From Octopus bimaculoides (taxonomy: Eukaryota), in the NCBI RefSeq assembly GCF_001194135.2, contig NC_068986.1, forward strand, positions 52,743,922-52,776,148: a stretch of 32,227 nucleotides of DNA, read 5' to 3'. How positions within the stretch are numbered: position 1 is the first letter of the stretch; every line of letters begins with the position of its first letter. Below, in pieces: positions 9,447 through 20,916 of the stretch. Under the pieces are notes generated by a model. That model was not told where the DNA came from and did not search any database. It worked only from the letters and a program-made list of their open reading frames with translations. The translations under genes and the position numbers were made by a program.

Positions 9447-10660
9447 TGCTGCAATTTTGAAGATTGTTTGTTTATTTCCTCATAACTTACGAAATATTTA
9501 TTCTATTCATTCGAAATTTTCACGAAAGATCGATATTAGGTATATCTAAATGTGTAAAACATTTCGTCTCAGCGTGTTATTAATCTTCTATAATAACTAT
9601 TTCAATNNNNNNNNNNNNNNNNNNNNNNNNNNNNNNNNNNNNNNNNNNNNNNNNNNNNNNNNNNNNNNNNNNNNNNNNNNNNNNNNNNNNNNNNNNNNNN
9701 NNNNNNNNNNNNNNNNNNNNNNNNNNNNNNNNNNNNNNNNNNNNNNNNNNNNNNNNNNNNNNNNNNNNNNNNNNNNNNNNNNNNNNNNNNNNNNNNNNNN
9801 NNNNNNNNNNNNNNNNNNNNNNNNNNNNNNNNNNNNNNNNNNNNNNNNNNNNNNNNNNNNNNNNNNNNNNNNNNNNNNNNNNNNNNNNNNNNNNNNNNNN
9901 NNNNNNNNNNNNNNNNNNNNNNNNNNNNNNNNNNNNNNNNNNNNNNNNNNNNNNNNNNNNNNNNNNNNNNNNNNNNNNNNNNNNNNNNNNNNNNNNNNNN
10001 NNNNNNNNNNNNNNNNNNNNNNNNNNNNNNNNNNNNNNNNNNNNNNNNNNNNNNNNNNNNNNNNNNNNNNNNNNNNNNNNNNNNNNNNNNNNNNNNNNNN
10101 NNNNNNNNNNNNNNNNNNNNNNNNNNNNNNNNNNNNNNNNNNNNNNNNNNNNNNNNNNNNNNNNNNNNNNNNNNNNNNNNNNNNNNNNNNNNNNNNNNNN
10201 NNNNNNNNNNNNNNNNNNNNNNNNNNNNNNNNNNNNNNNCTAAGTTTAGCCTCTGTTCGGTACTTGTCTACTTTACATTTCTGCATAGAAAATGATCGAT
10301 TAGAATATAGAACGTTTTACCGGGTAAAATTTTTCATTTTGTCTTCTATAAAGAAAGTATAAATTTTGGCATGGAAACTAAACAAATGAGGTGTAAAAAT
10401 GTCGTCTTCTGCTCCAGGTTTCATGCAAATTTGGGTTGTTTTCTTACGCACCTGAAATATGGTGTCCGTATTAAATGTTGTGATATTCATGAGTTTCGTT
10501 AATCTCATATTCTATTGGGCAACGAGAGAAGAAATTTTTTTTCTAAGCTGAAAATAATTGTTTGTCTCAGACGAAAATCAATTGGGAAGCGTCATATTTC
10601 GTTGCTCTGCGTAGTAAGATAGCTTATCGAAAAACTTGAACTTCATTTTTTAACTCTTAC

Positions 10661-10680
10661 CGACGCAAACCAACAGCCAT
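10661..10680 (-). CDS. Candidate first coding exon MAVGLR(R) (speculative)
   Basis: Minus strand GAAA ATG GCT GTT GGT TTG CGT CG|gtaaga: favourable start context and a consensus donor, in unique sequence with many CpGs. No homologue recognised. Confidence 0.2.
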
Positions 10681-10848
10681 TTTCTAGTACGGTTCTTTTT
10701 TTTTTAAGTGTCGAGTACTACTTCAACGTTTATTTCGGCTATTTTAACTTTAACGGAATCAGAAATTAGCTAATTAGCTTACTATTGCAAGCTTTCAAAT
10801 ACTGAGATTGAATAATCTCCATACTTTTCCGTTGTATATTAGCATCGT

Positions 10849-11157
10849 GGAGGTGCAATGTCCTAGTAGTTAGGGCAGCGGACTCATGGTCGTAGGATCG
10901 AGGTTTCGATTCCCAGACCGGGCGTTGTGGGTGTTTATTGAGCGAAAACCCCTAAAGCTCCACAAAGCTCCGGCAGGGGATAGTGGCGAACCCTGCTGTA
11001 CTCTTTCACCACAACTGTCTCTCTTTCTTTCTGTTTCTTTTGTGCCTGTATTTCAAAGGGCCAGCCTTGGAACACTCTGTGTCATGCTGAATCTCCCTGA
11101 GAACTACATTAAGCGTGCACGTGTCTGTGGAGTGCTCAGCCACTTGCACGTTAATTT
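10849..11157 (+). mobile_element. tRNA-derived SINE, family C (appears 3'-truncated)
   Basis: tRNA-like head with A-box-like TGTCCTAGTAGTTAGG (10859-10874) and B-box-like GGTTTCGATTCCC (10902-10914); GC-richer body with a CT-rich middle; no simple-repeat tail seen. Confidence 0.78.
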
Positions 11158-11385
11158 TGGATCTAACATATCTTTATAGATTTAGTAGTCTTTACTGGCT
11201 GAAGTAATTTTTACTCAGAAGAGTTGATGCAAACTTGCTGTGTGAGAGATAACAAGGTTATATAACACTGATGCCTTCATCAGCTTTGAACTAAAACAAT
11301 CATAAGAAAAATTTGAAATAAACATTTATGATATCTGTTTCTACTCAATTATTACATTATTGCTTGTTTTTTATTCGATTAAAGA

Positions 11386-11575
11386 GGCAAAATGCTTAGC
11401 GACATTTCGTCTGGCATTAAGTTTTGAATTCAAATTCCATCGATGTCCACTTTGCCTTTTATCCCTTCCGAGGACGATAAAATGAATACTAGCTAAGGAC
11501 TAGGATCGATATCCTCGACTAACGCACTCACCCGAAATTGATAGCCTTGTGCAGAAATTTGAAACTAATATTTAT
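11386..11575 (+). mobile_element. SINE family A, diverged, 5'-truncated
   Basis: AAATGCTTAGC..GAATTCAAATTCC..CTTTGCCTTTTATCCCTTCCG..GATAAAATGAATAC..GCCTTGTGCAGAAATTTGAAAC aligns with 16533-16743 and the reverse complement of 628-940. Confidence 0.8.
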
Positions 11576-11654
11576 ATTTGATTAATACAATAGGAACAGA
11601 ATAGAACATTCTAAAATATCAAAATTTATATGGTACATAAATTACTGTTGGTAC

Positions 11655-11730
11655 TGTTGTTTAGCCCAAGGACAACGCTGACTGAGTAGAATTATGACCC
11701 AAAGATATTCTAGCCTTGATCATTCCGGGA
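11655..11730 (-). mobile_element. SINE-like family D, 3' end
   Basis: Plus strand gttgtTTAGCCCAAGGACAACGCTGA..TATGACCCAAAGATATTCTAGCCTTGATCATTCC matches the copy at 24369-24432. Confidence 0.6.
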
Positions 11731-11762
11731 TCTTTCGAATTTTTTTTTCTTTTTTTTTTTGT

Positions 11763-13002
11763 GGGGATTGTTATCTAGGACAACATTGACAGAATTTTGA
11801 AAGCCAAAATGTCAAAAATCAAAATGCAAACAATGAAAACAGCGACGGTCAAATGCCGACAAAATGAAATGCTAAAATCCAAAATGCTAACAAGAAAAAT
11901 GCCTATCGTCAAACTGTCTATAATCGATAATGACGACTTCTTATTTTTTATAAAAATAACGCAGCAATTTATTAAACAGAAGGTTGCTAAAACTTTGTAG
12001 CAACCCAAGGGACTTGCGGTAGGAAAGTCCTTTTTCGTGTTGTTTATAGCAGCTAATTCAAAGTCCACCATAGGTGGTCCTGGACAAACGTTTGTCTTTT
12101 TAGCGAAATTGAAAATACCGTTAACCTTTTCGCCGTTATTATGAGTAATGTNNNNNNNNNNNNNNNNNNNNNNNNNNNNNNNNNNNNNNNNNNNNNNNNN
12201 NNNNNNNNNNNNNNNNNNNNNNNNNNNNNNNNNNNNNNNNNNNNNNNNNNNNNNNNNNNNNNNNNNNNNNNNNNNNNNNNNNNNNNNNNNNNNNNNNNNN
12301 NNNNNNNNNNNNNNNNNNNNNNNNNNNNNNNNNNNNNNNNNNNNNNNNNNNNNNNNNNNNNNNNNNNNNNNNNNNNNNNNNNNNNNNNNNNNNNNNNNNN
12401 NNNNNNNNNNNNNNNNNNNNNNNNNNNNNNNNNNNNNNNNNNNNNNNNNNNNNNNNNNNNNNNNNNNNNNNNNNNNNNNNNNNNNNNNNNNNNNNNNNNN
12501 NNNNNNNNNNNNNNNNNNNNNNNNNNNNNNNNNNNNNNNNNNNNNNNNNNNNNNNNNNNNNNNNNNNNNNNNNNNNNNNNNNNNNNNNNNNNNNNNNNNN
12601 NNNNNNNNNNNNNNNNNNNNNNNNNNNNNNNNNNNNNNNNNNNNNNNNNNNNNNNNNNNNNNNNNNNNNNNNNNNNNNNNNNNNNNNNNNNNNNNNNNNN
12701 NNNNNNNNNNNNNNNNNNNNNNNNNNNNNNNNNNNNNNNNNNNNNNNNNNNNNNNNNNNNNNNNNNNNNNNNNNNNNNNNNNNNNNNNNNNNNNNNNNNN
12801 NNNNNNNNNNNNNNNNNNNNNNNNTATATATATATATATATATATATTAGTGTATATAGACATATATACATATTTGTTTTGACATTTCGACTCTCGACAT
12901 TTCTCTTATCAGCCACTTTCTTTAGTTCCCATTTTTTCTTATCGGAATGATAACTGTCGGTATTTTGACCAATTTTGTTAATATATGATGTTTCTATATC
13001 CC
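11763..13002 (-). mobile_element. MULE/Mutator-like DNA transposon remnant, interrupted by gap 12152-12824
   Basis: Minus 12151-11990 reads KVNGIFNFAKKTNVCPGPPMVDFELAAINNTKKDFPTASPLGCY, matching the MULE DxE.A.I.A....FP.....GC motif (CxxH degenerate). About nine 15-bp AAAATGYCGAC-type units at 11797-11938 and inverted units at about 12870-12975. Putative ends GGGAT / ATCCC; no TSD found. Confidence 0.65.
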
Positions 13003-13469
13003 GCTGTTCAACCGGGAAGATATGGCGGAACAATATGTACTTTAATGACCAGCCAATCATGTGGAGGATGTATAGATGCAGCCTGCTTAGACAAATCGAT
13101 ATCATAATCAGACATTTCCTAACAAAGTGATGTGAGATGGTCACATGATATCGTCAACTGCAAATGTTCGAGCTAATAGCTTCCAAAACAAACCATTCTT
13201 TTGAGTCAGCATTTCGTATCCTTTCACCAGTGCTATGGATTTTCTGTAGCCAAGATACTTAACTTTCTAATGCTATTAATATGTGACAAAAAAATGAGAC
13301 TATGAGAATTGCTGAGTTTTTCGGTTAAAAATCTAGCTTTCTCTCGGGCGAAATATGACTGCTAAAATGTCAGATTTATCTTCGCTCCTTTTCAAACATA
13401 CCGAAAATATGTGACTTTCAACTTAACCAAGACATTAGTAGGTATCTGGAAAGTTGATGCTTGTCTTCT

Positions 13470-13640
13470 TTGTGTTGCTTAACCCCAGTTCATTCCTGAT
13501 TTAACAAACCGAGAATCAAGGTGATTCTAACCACGACTTTTTATTTCTTTTTTTCAAGTTAGTATCTATCTCGCACGAAATTTTGAATGTGACCTTTTTT
13601 TTAATATTTGAAGGAATTTTGGCTACTTTTTCTGTAGATT
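13470..13640 (-). mobile_element. SINE-like family D, body plus 3' end
   Basis: Reverse complement GAAAAAGTAGCCAAAATTCCTTCAAAT...GAACTGGGGTTAAGCAACAC; shares motifs with 18900, 22653 and 24345-24545. Confidence 0.6.
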
Positions 13641-14727
13641 AAGCAATCGGATTGAAACTTCCTCGGATTGAAACTTGTTCATTACTACCTTCAGCTCCAC
13701 CATGGTTGAGCAGAGCTAAGATAATAGAAATTTCGAGCTATGATGGTCATTGCATCTTTTGTACATCTTAGACTACAATGGTCATTATGTCCTTTCTTTT
13801 TTTCATATGTGTACTTCAAAGTAGATATCGTTACCATTTCTAATAGATCGCAACAGGACCACTTACAAGTTAGTACATATCGTATGTAATATAATACTAT
13901 TGCACGAGTACCCAGAATCAAAACTATAGAACTTTCATCTCGTTCATTAGTATGCAGTCTTGATTTCAATTCCGCATCCCAACCACTGTCAAATTTAGAT
14001 ACTCATCATGGAGTGTCGTACTACTGGTCTCAAATACGTCAACTGATTTTAAAATTTTACCGTTTTATTTTCTTGTTTATTTATTTATCTATTATTTATA
14101 TCTGAGTTTGTCTCCTTCGACTTGAGTTGAGCATTTGTTCACAATGTTTATGTCACCTTGATATAAGTAAAAGCTTCATTAATTAATGTTATCACACTAT
14201 TTTCCAGCTCTTCGTTATTTATTCACATATAGCTTTATCTCCATATACGGCTGGTCTCAATCTTTATGATTTTGTGGGAGACAAATCAAACACAAAATTA
14301 CCAGCATATTTCATATGAACTATTAAACAGGAAGCAAAAAACGGAACTACCGTTAGAGTTAGAAGTTTATTAGAATAACTTACAGAGAAAATTATTGCTT
14401 TCCTTATCTTATCAATCATACTTCTGTATAATAATAATATATATAAATATAAACATGCTACCAGCTCAAATATGTTTGAGGCATATTTGAAGAAGTAAGA
14501 AGGATATTTACAGCAATTTTGTGATGGAGAAAATTCTCGCTGTAGAAAAAAAAGATATGAACACACCAAGTCAGTTCGGAACACTCTCTACCCAGATCGA
14601 CGGATGCATTTTGGAGTAATTATCTCCTTTTAAGTATCAAACATTGAGAGGCGACTTTGAACTGACCACAAGACACTAGGTTTCTCTTAAGATATGTACG
14701 TTTACATATAAGCTAGTGTATAATAAG

Positions 14728-14728
<1 letters not shown>

Positions 14729-14769
<41 letters not shown>

Positions 14770-14779
14770 TATATTATAT

Positions 14780-14817
<38 letters not shown>
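14729..14817. repeat. (CA)n-(TA)n microsatellite
   Basis: Directly visible; ends in a 10-N gap. Confidence 0.95.
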
Positions 14818-15588
14818 NNNNNNNNNNTATATATGGATGGATGGATGTCATTATTCAGTTTATTTCAAGATTTCTTGCCAACAGAGAAAGAGCCACTTTC
14901 TAACCTAGATCCAGGTCACCGTCATTGGAATTTCATCAACACGAACAGGGTATTTTTGCATGTATACGCGTATATGTACAGTATTTGGAATCAGTGCAAG
15001 TGCAGATCTGTAGATTTAATTTTATGCATATAGTTGCATGGCTAGACATTTATACATGTATATGTTTGTGCTTTATAAAATTGTGAATAGCGTATTTTTC
15101 AAGACGTTCAAGGATTAGTTTACGTTCGTAAAATGTAAAAAAAACTTTTTTAAGATATATAAACACCTGGCAACATAATGTGTGATGCAGTGGCCATTTG
15201 AAAACCACTACAGTAATCTATTTAAAGAGACAGAAACTAAAAAAAACTTTCCTACGTCGAAAAAATTAGTAGGCCGTGAGGAGGAAGACATGTCTGATGT
15301 TTCCTGTAGACCCCTTCACCGAGAAATATCAAAATGTTTATCGATAATGCTGAGCAAATAGATTGTGAGAGAAAAAATAGTAAATATAGAGGAAGAGGAA
15401 TGGAGGGATAAGAAAGTGAAACATATAAGTAAAGCGTACAAGGATTGTAGTAAGAGCGAGATAGCCAACGGGAACATTTGAATAAATTGGAAAACTGTGA
15501 CAAAAGAGATTAAGGTTAGAAGAAGAAAAGAAGTGGAAAAAGAATTCCTCGCTGCTCTGATGATGATGCTGATAAAAATGGCGGTTTG

Positions 15589-15592
<4 letters not shown>

Positions 15593-15665
<73 letters not shown>
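15593..15665. repeat. (TA)n-(CA)n microsatellite
   Basis: Directly visible. Confidence 0.97.
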
Positions 15666-15666
<1 letters not shown>

Positions 15667-15930
15667 GTCACACAAATATACACAAAGAAAGGAAAAAGAA
15701 AGAACGAAAGAAAACCAGATGAATAGATAGATAGATTTGATAGAATCAAGTTCACTTCTTCGTTATTTCGAGTTTATCGCTTGTCTGCGTTTGTTCAGAC
15801 AAACCAATTCAACCGAGAAAGTCGGAGCCGCAATGGAATAAGCACAAGCTTGCATCGAGTATATATCCTCGTTTGTACACCCAGGCGTATATACATACAT
15901 GTATATAAACACATAAGTATATTCTCACAC

Positions 15931-15978
<48 letters not shown>

Positions 15979-15979
15979 G

Positions 15980-16010
<31 letters not shown>
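15931..16010. repeat. (GATA)n microsatellite
   Basis: Directly visible. Confidence 0.97.
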
Positions 16011-16532
16011 TCTACGTTACTAATACGAGATGTCTTCATCCTATTCTATTTTGTTCATATGTACAGTGTTGATGTAATTCTAAATAATTTCTTGAAATTT
16101 GAATTTTCCAATTGCACACGTGTTCAATGAGGAATACCATGTCTTTAGCTGAACTAAGATGAGCACTCGCAATTATCTGTATTATTCTCATCTTTATTTA
16201 CCTCTCTATAACTGTTTATATCATACAAACATACATACATTTGTATGCATGTATATATTCAGTGTATCAAAAGATTTTTATTAGCGACAGAGGGAGTATT
16301 AATACCAAAAGTAATATCCACACTTAAACGTGGATGATCTGTTAGAACAAACAATACTGTGGAAGTTATTATGAGAGAAACGTTCATGTTGGTATTTGGT
16401 GCAAGACACACACGCAAAAACAAGAGTGAATATTGACCAAAAACAAGATTGAATATTCTCTCATGATAGCTACCGCAGTATTTAACATCCACATTTAAGT
16501 CGGGATAAATATTTACAATATATCTTGCACGT

Positions 16533-16743
16533 AAGGCGGCGGGCTGCCAGAAACGTTAGCACGCTGGGCGAAATGCTTAGCGTTATTTCGTCTGTCTTTG
16601 CGTTTTGAGTTCAAATTCCGCCGAGGTCGGCTTCCGTCCTTTCGGGGTCGATGAATTAATTACTAGTTGCGTATTGCGGTCGATCTAATCGACTAGCTCC
16701 CTCCCCAAAAAATTCGTGCTTTGTGCGTAGAGTAGAAAAGAAT
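16533..16743 (+). mobile_element. tRNA-derived SINE family A, full length
   Basis: AAGGCGGCGGGCTGCCAGAAACGTTAGC head (A-box-like); GAGTTCAAATTCC B box at 16607-16619; central CCTTTCGGGGTCGATGAATTAATTAC (resembles the conserved Deu/Nin-type SINE domain, from recall); 3' GTAGAAAAGAAT. Confidence 0.9.
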
Positions 16744-16832
16744 ATACCTTGCGCGTGTACTTACATGTACGACTGCTGCTGTTGAGTTGAGAATTCCATG
16801 TGTGTACGTAGCGAACTTATGTTTAGCGTTTC

Positions 16833-16834
<2 letters not shown>

Positions 16835-16874
<40 letters not shown>
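16835..16874. repeat. (TG)n microsatellite
   Basis: About 20 pure TG units. Confidence 0.97.
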
Positions 16875-16876
<2 letters not shown>

Positions 16877-18889
16877 TTTATCAATTAATTAATATAGCTA
16901 TTATACCTGAGTTGACTCTTCAGATTTCATACTCAGATAATACAGTAATCAGATGGACGTGTACAGCGTACAAGACTCGGTCTGGCAATCGTTCAAGTTC
17001 AAACGATGAGGCTACTCCATTAAGAAATCCGAGAGGGAAAAAACGACAAAGCAAACGTTAAGGGGAAATTGGAATAAAGTTTATATTCTTATAACCCTCT
17101 ACAAGAAGAAGAAGAATGTTTATGTTGCTGTTTAATTTTAAAATGTCTAGTGGGAATAACAGAATAAAAACAATGCTAAGTTCGTTAACCTATGTGCTTA
17201 ATCCGGTGATCAGATTATAGTAATTTTACAAAATGCCTAGACTGAAACAAGTAAAAGAGAGTAAAAGAGATATACATGTATACATATATAAATTACGTGC
17301 ATATATACATACATATTGAATGAAAATCAATATCAAGTTATGTTTTGATATGTATATTCCGAGAGAAAACCCGCTTTCCCTTTTCGCTTAACCAAATATC
17401 CTATAATTCAATACCGTAATGTTGTAGGAAGTTACCTTTCCTTATTAATTGGCGATTTGCTGCCTTATGATTATATTCATATAGATACAAAGGAGCCCCA
17501 GAAAAGTCTGAGTAAAATATTATTCATTGACAACGGTGCATAAAAGGTTGCCAAAGAAACAATAAAAGATCTCCTTTACTAAAAAATAATCAAGTGGAAA
17601 CCTTAGATTTATATAAACAAATTCAGAAAGTCTTTTGCTTTTGGAGAAGCTCGCTTACTTATTTAGTTCTCTTGTGACTTTCTTTCCGATCTTGACGAGC
17701 TCTCATAAAGTCTTTCTCTTTCTACTTATGATTCAAATAAGCTGTCTGCATGCGTATTGCTGAGAATGTAATGTAGGTTTCTTTCTACACTTCACCAACA
17801 TCATAAAACTAACATATGATCAAAAATATCCAATTCCAAGTCAGATGGAAAAAACCCTCTCCCACTGTCATTTTTATGCTTTTGAATAAGTGTTTTATTT
17901 GACAATACTTAGAAAAGCTGCAGCGAACTCATTTTCATCGAAATGCACTCGACGAATCTTAGATTAGAAAATCGCCAGGCTTGCAAAATAAAAACTCGTG
18001 ATTGCTAATTTAGTATTTAACCAGTATGTCAATAATAGACGGCTACCTCTTAGCTTGAAAGAAATAGTAGACAAATCACCCTCAAATATCACTCTATATT
18101 ATAAAAAAGAAAAGACATTTTTCACACTTAACAACAGCAACAACAACAACCAGACCAACAACAACAAATATAGGTATCAGATTTTATTTTGAAATATTTC
18201 TTTATTTCGCTCACACAGCTATTGCTATAGAAAACTTAATGAAGTTATAAATATATTGTCTCAAAGAACCGGCGATTGAAGAACGTTGGAAAATAAACCA
18301 TGCAGATAATTTGTAAACAACAAAGAGATTGTTTGGTACAACTAAATACGTTTGAATTTTCGCAAACAGAGCAACTAGTATCACATATAAATAATGTTAC
18401 CAATATTGTAAAATTTGTTTTGTTTTACTATGTTTTATTACATTTTGTATATATATATTTTTAATGGCCTGGGGAGTTTGAAATGAAAGAGTTGTTCCAA
18501 AAGCAATCTTTCTATGACAATCGATTCAAGTGAATTTAAAACAAAACAAAAGATGAGAAAAAACCCATTAAGATGGCTGAAATGATTAAAACTAACAAAG
18601 AACCAAACGTTTAGTAATAGAGTCTATATAGATGAATTGATATTAAGCATATTCCGTGAATTGTGTAAAATTTATAACGTTCGTTTTATGAAACTTATCA
18701 TGAAGGCAATGTTTTGAAATATAGTTAGTACAGTATAAATCTCAATAAAAGCTATTAGCAAGCTCATTTCGTTGAGAAAATGGGATAATGCGAAACTGTG
18801 AAGTATATATCTGAGCACTCCAGTTCTTCAGTCCTACAATTATAATAGTTTCTACTATCAAACGTCGGAGTCACCAGCACACTCATAAG

Positions 18890-18955
18890 CGCTAGACCAT
18901 CTATAAATAGCAGCCAAATATCCCTCAAATCAAGCCTGTCGTCTCAAAACAATGT
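18890..18955 (+). mobile_element. SINE-like family D, internal fragment
   Basis: CTATAAATAGCAGCCAAATATCCCTCAAATC matches the motif at 22653 and the reverse complements at about 13620 and 24515. Confidence 0.5.
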
Positions 18956-19084
18956 AATTCTAAATATATTATAGCCCTGATAATTTTGTCACTTTAACGT
19001 CGTGTTCAACTATAATTCCTGCGACTCCCTAAAGGCCGGATTTACGGTAATGCTTATATACATCCACTACTGGTTGCATACCTT

Positions 19085-19221
19085 TCAATCTTTGCACACT
19101 CTATCTGCTAACATTATTACTGTTACATAATTTCGAGACCCCAGATACAGCTGTTGGATCCGAAATGCCATCCCCTCTCCACTTAGTTTTCTGTATCTTT
19201 TGTACTCCATGTAAATCGGTT
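19085..19221 (-). CDS. Candidate terminal coding exon (E)PIYMEYKRYRKLSGEGMAFRIQQLYLGSRNYVTVIMLADRVCKD* (speculative)
   Basis: Acceptor tatatttgcag (AG 19223-19222); donor AAG|gtatgc (19081-19080) 3 nt after the stop; phase-1 frame open for 45 codons. No homologue recognised. Confidence 0.2.
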
Positions 19222-20415
19222 CTGCAAATATATACATGATTATCAGCTTTCTCTATACAGATATTTACATGTATGTATATCTTGTGTGTATGTATATCAT
19301 GTGTGTGTGTGTGTGTGTAAACATACTCAAACATTCTTCTTACAAATCAAGTAGAATATGGTGCTTAGCTGTTGAGACATGGTATGTACTATGTTTTCTC
19401 ACGAGTCGTCTTTAAAAAGTAGATGTACTCCAATCACGGTTGTATATATGTCCATCAAGTAATCATTTTTTATTTAAACACTCTTGAAGGCGTATTTCCT
19501 AATGAACAATACAAATTATTTCAGTAATTCGAAATTTTACTTACCTATACATTAAATATGTATGAACCTGTAATATTTGTATTTAATGTGCAGAACCTCA
19601 GCCATCTAGTCTATATTCATAACCTGTGTCACTAAATTCTGTCTAATTCTATATATATNNNNNNNNNNNNNNNNNNNNNNNNNNNNNNNNNNNNNNNNNN
19701 NNNNNNNNNNNNNNNNNNNNNNNNNNNNNNNNNNNNNNNNNNNNNNNNNNNNNNNNNNNNNNNNNNNNNNNNNNNNNNNNNTTTCTCAGTAAACATGGTT
19801 CCTTGAAAAGGTTTAAGATAGTGATGTATTCATTGCTTTTCACTCTATTCATTGCTCTCTTTATATGAACACTCTGTGAGTGACATTTTGTCCACAAATT
19901 GTTAGCTTCATCTCAGTCTTTTTTTCTAAGTCACTGTATTACAAATATGACAACCTACTATATACATGCGCACATACACATAATATGTGCTCATGAAAAG
20001 AGCACTAGCCTACCTGCGACATTAAGAAACAGACGGATCATAGCAATAATTTGTTTGATTAATGTTGTGCTCAATCGGCGCTAAACATCAGAGTACAGTA
20101 AGAAGGGCAATATCATCATAATTTATGCTCTTCTTACGCTTATCTCAGTCAAGATAATTCATGAATTCCTTAATTACATGTAATAATGATAGTTTAATGA
20201 ATATTATTATATTACATATTTTCCTTATACCGAAATAATTTTAAGTGGTGTTTTTAAATAATAGGAAATCTTGTAGAATTTTATGTGTATCATTTTTAGC
20301 GAATAATTATTTAATTTTTATGTATGACAAATTGAGACATTCCTTTCAGTAGATATATAAACTTTGAAACATTTTATAAGAGATGCAAAACAAAACTAGG
20401 AAATTTATATTACAT

Positions 20416-20916
20416 GCGCAGTTATGGCTCTCTGATTAAAGAGCTTGCTTTGAAACTACATGGTTAGGGTTCAGTCCCTCTGTTCGGCACCAGGAGCAAG
20501 TGTCTCCTACTATAACCCTAGACCAACTAATGCCTTCTGAGTGAATTTGGTAGGCTGAAACTGTGAAGAGGTCCGTCATGTGTGTGTGTGTGTGTGTGTG
20601 TGTGAGTGAGTTAGTGTTTGTGTGTGTGTTTGAATGTGCATGCGTGTATATATATGTGTTTTTGTGTTTGTGTCAATCCCCCATCATCGCTTGATTAAGC
20701 AGTGGCGGAGAACTGACACAAAGACACCGCTTATCAGTCGGTGGTGGTTTTTTTTAGTTCTCATAACCTATCATTTGGGCAAAAAGCACCAACAGAATGA
20801 TTTCCAGATTTTAAAATGAATACTGTTGTCGATTGTTTGGACTAAAACCCTACAAGATGATGCCCCCAGCATGGCTGCATCCAATGAATGAAGCAAGTAA
20901 AAGAAAAGAGAAAAGA
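20416..20916 (+). mobile_element. tRNA-derived SINE family B with internal (TG)n, near full length, diverged
   Basis: Head with B-box-like GGGTTCAGTCCC; body GTGAATTTGGTAGGCTGAAACTG; (TG)n at 20580-20660; CCCCATCATCGCTTGA; tail CCCCAGCATGGCTGC..GAAGCAAGTAAAAGAAAAGAG. Aligns with 26114-26250, 27003-27197 and the reverse complement of 29301-29623. Confidence 0.85.

Larger units (their letters stand above)
8005..9606 (-). mobile_element. Tc1-family (DD34E) DNA transposon, decayed and internally rearranged; right end runs into gap 9607-10239
   Basis: TA|CAGTAGCGGCCATAA terminus at 8003-8005. Long TIRs: about 8045-8212 is the reverse complement of about 9432-9606, and the left TIR extends to about 8236. 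Transposase remnants lie inside. Confidence 0.92.

Noticed and set aside
10452-10547. Candidate exon with its own ATG (MRLTKLMNITTFNTDTIFQ|gtgcgt)
   Set aside because: Weak donor; splicing from the 10660 donor puts a stop in frame; not distinguishable from background.
13647-13676. Tandem duplication TCGGATTGAAACTT x2
   Set aside because: Ordinary 16-bp slippage duplication.
14830-14960. Segment resembling a common octopus interspersed repeat
   Set aside because: Recognised only from memory; single copy in the window with no structural hallmarks.
15250-15560. Purine-rich, nearly open plus-strand frame (possible LINE fossil)
   Set aside because: No RT, endonuclease or zinc-knuckle motif found.
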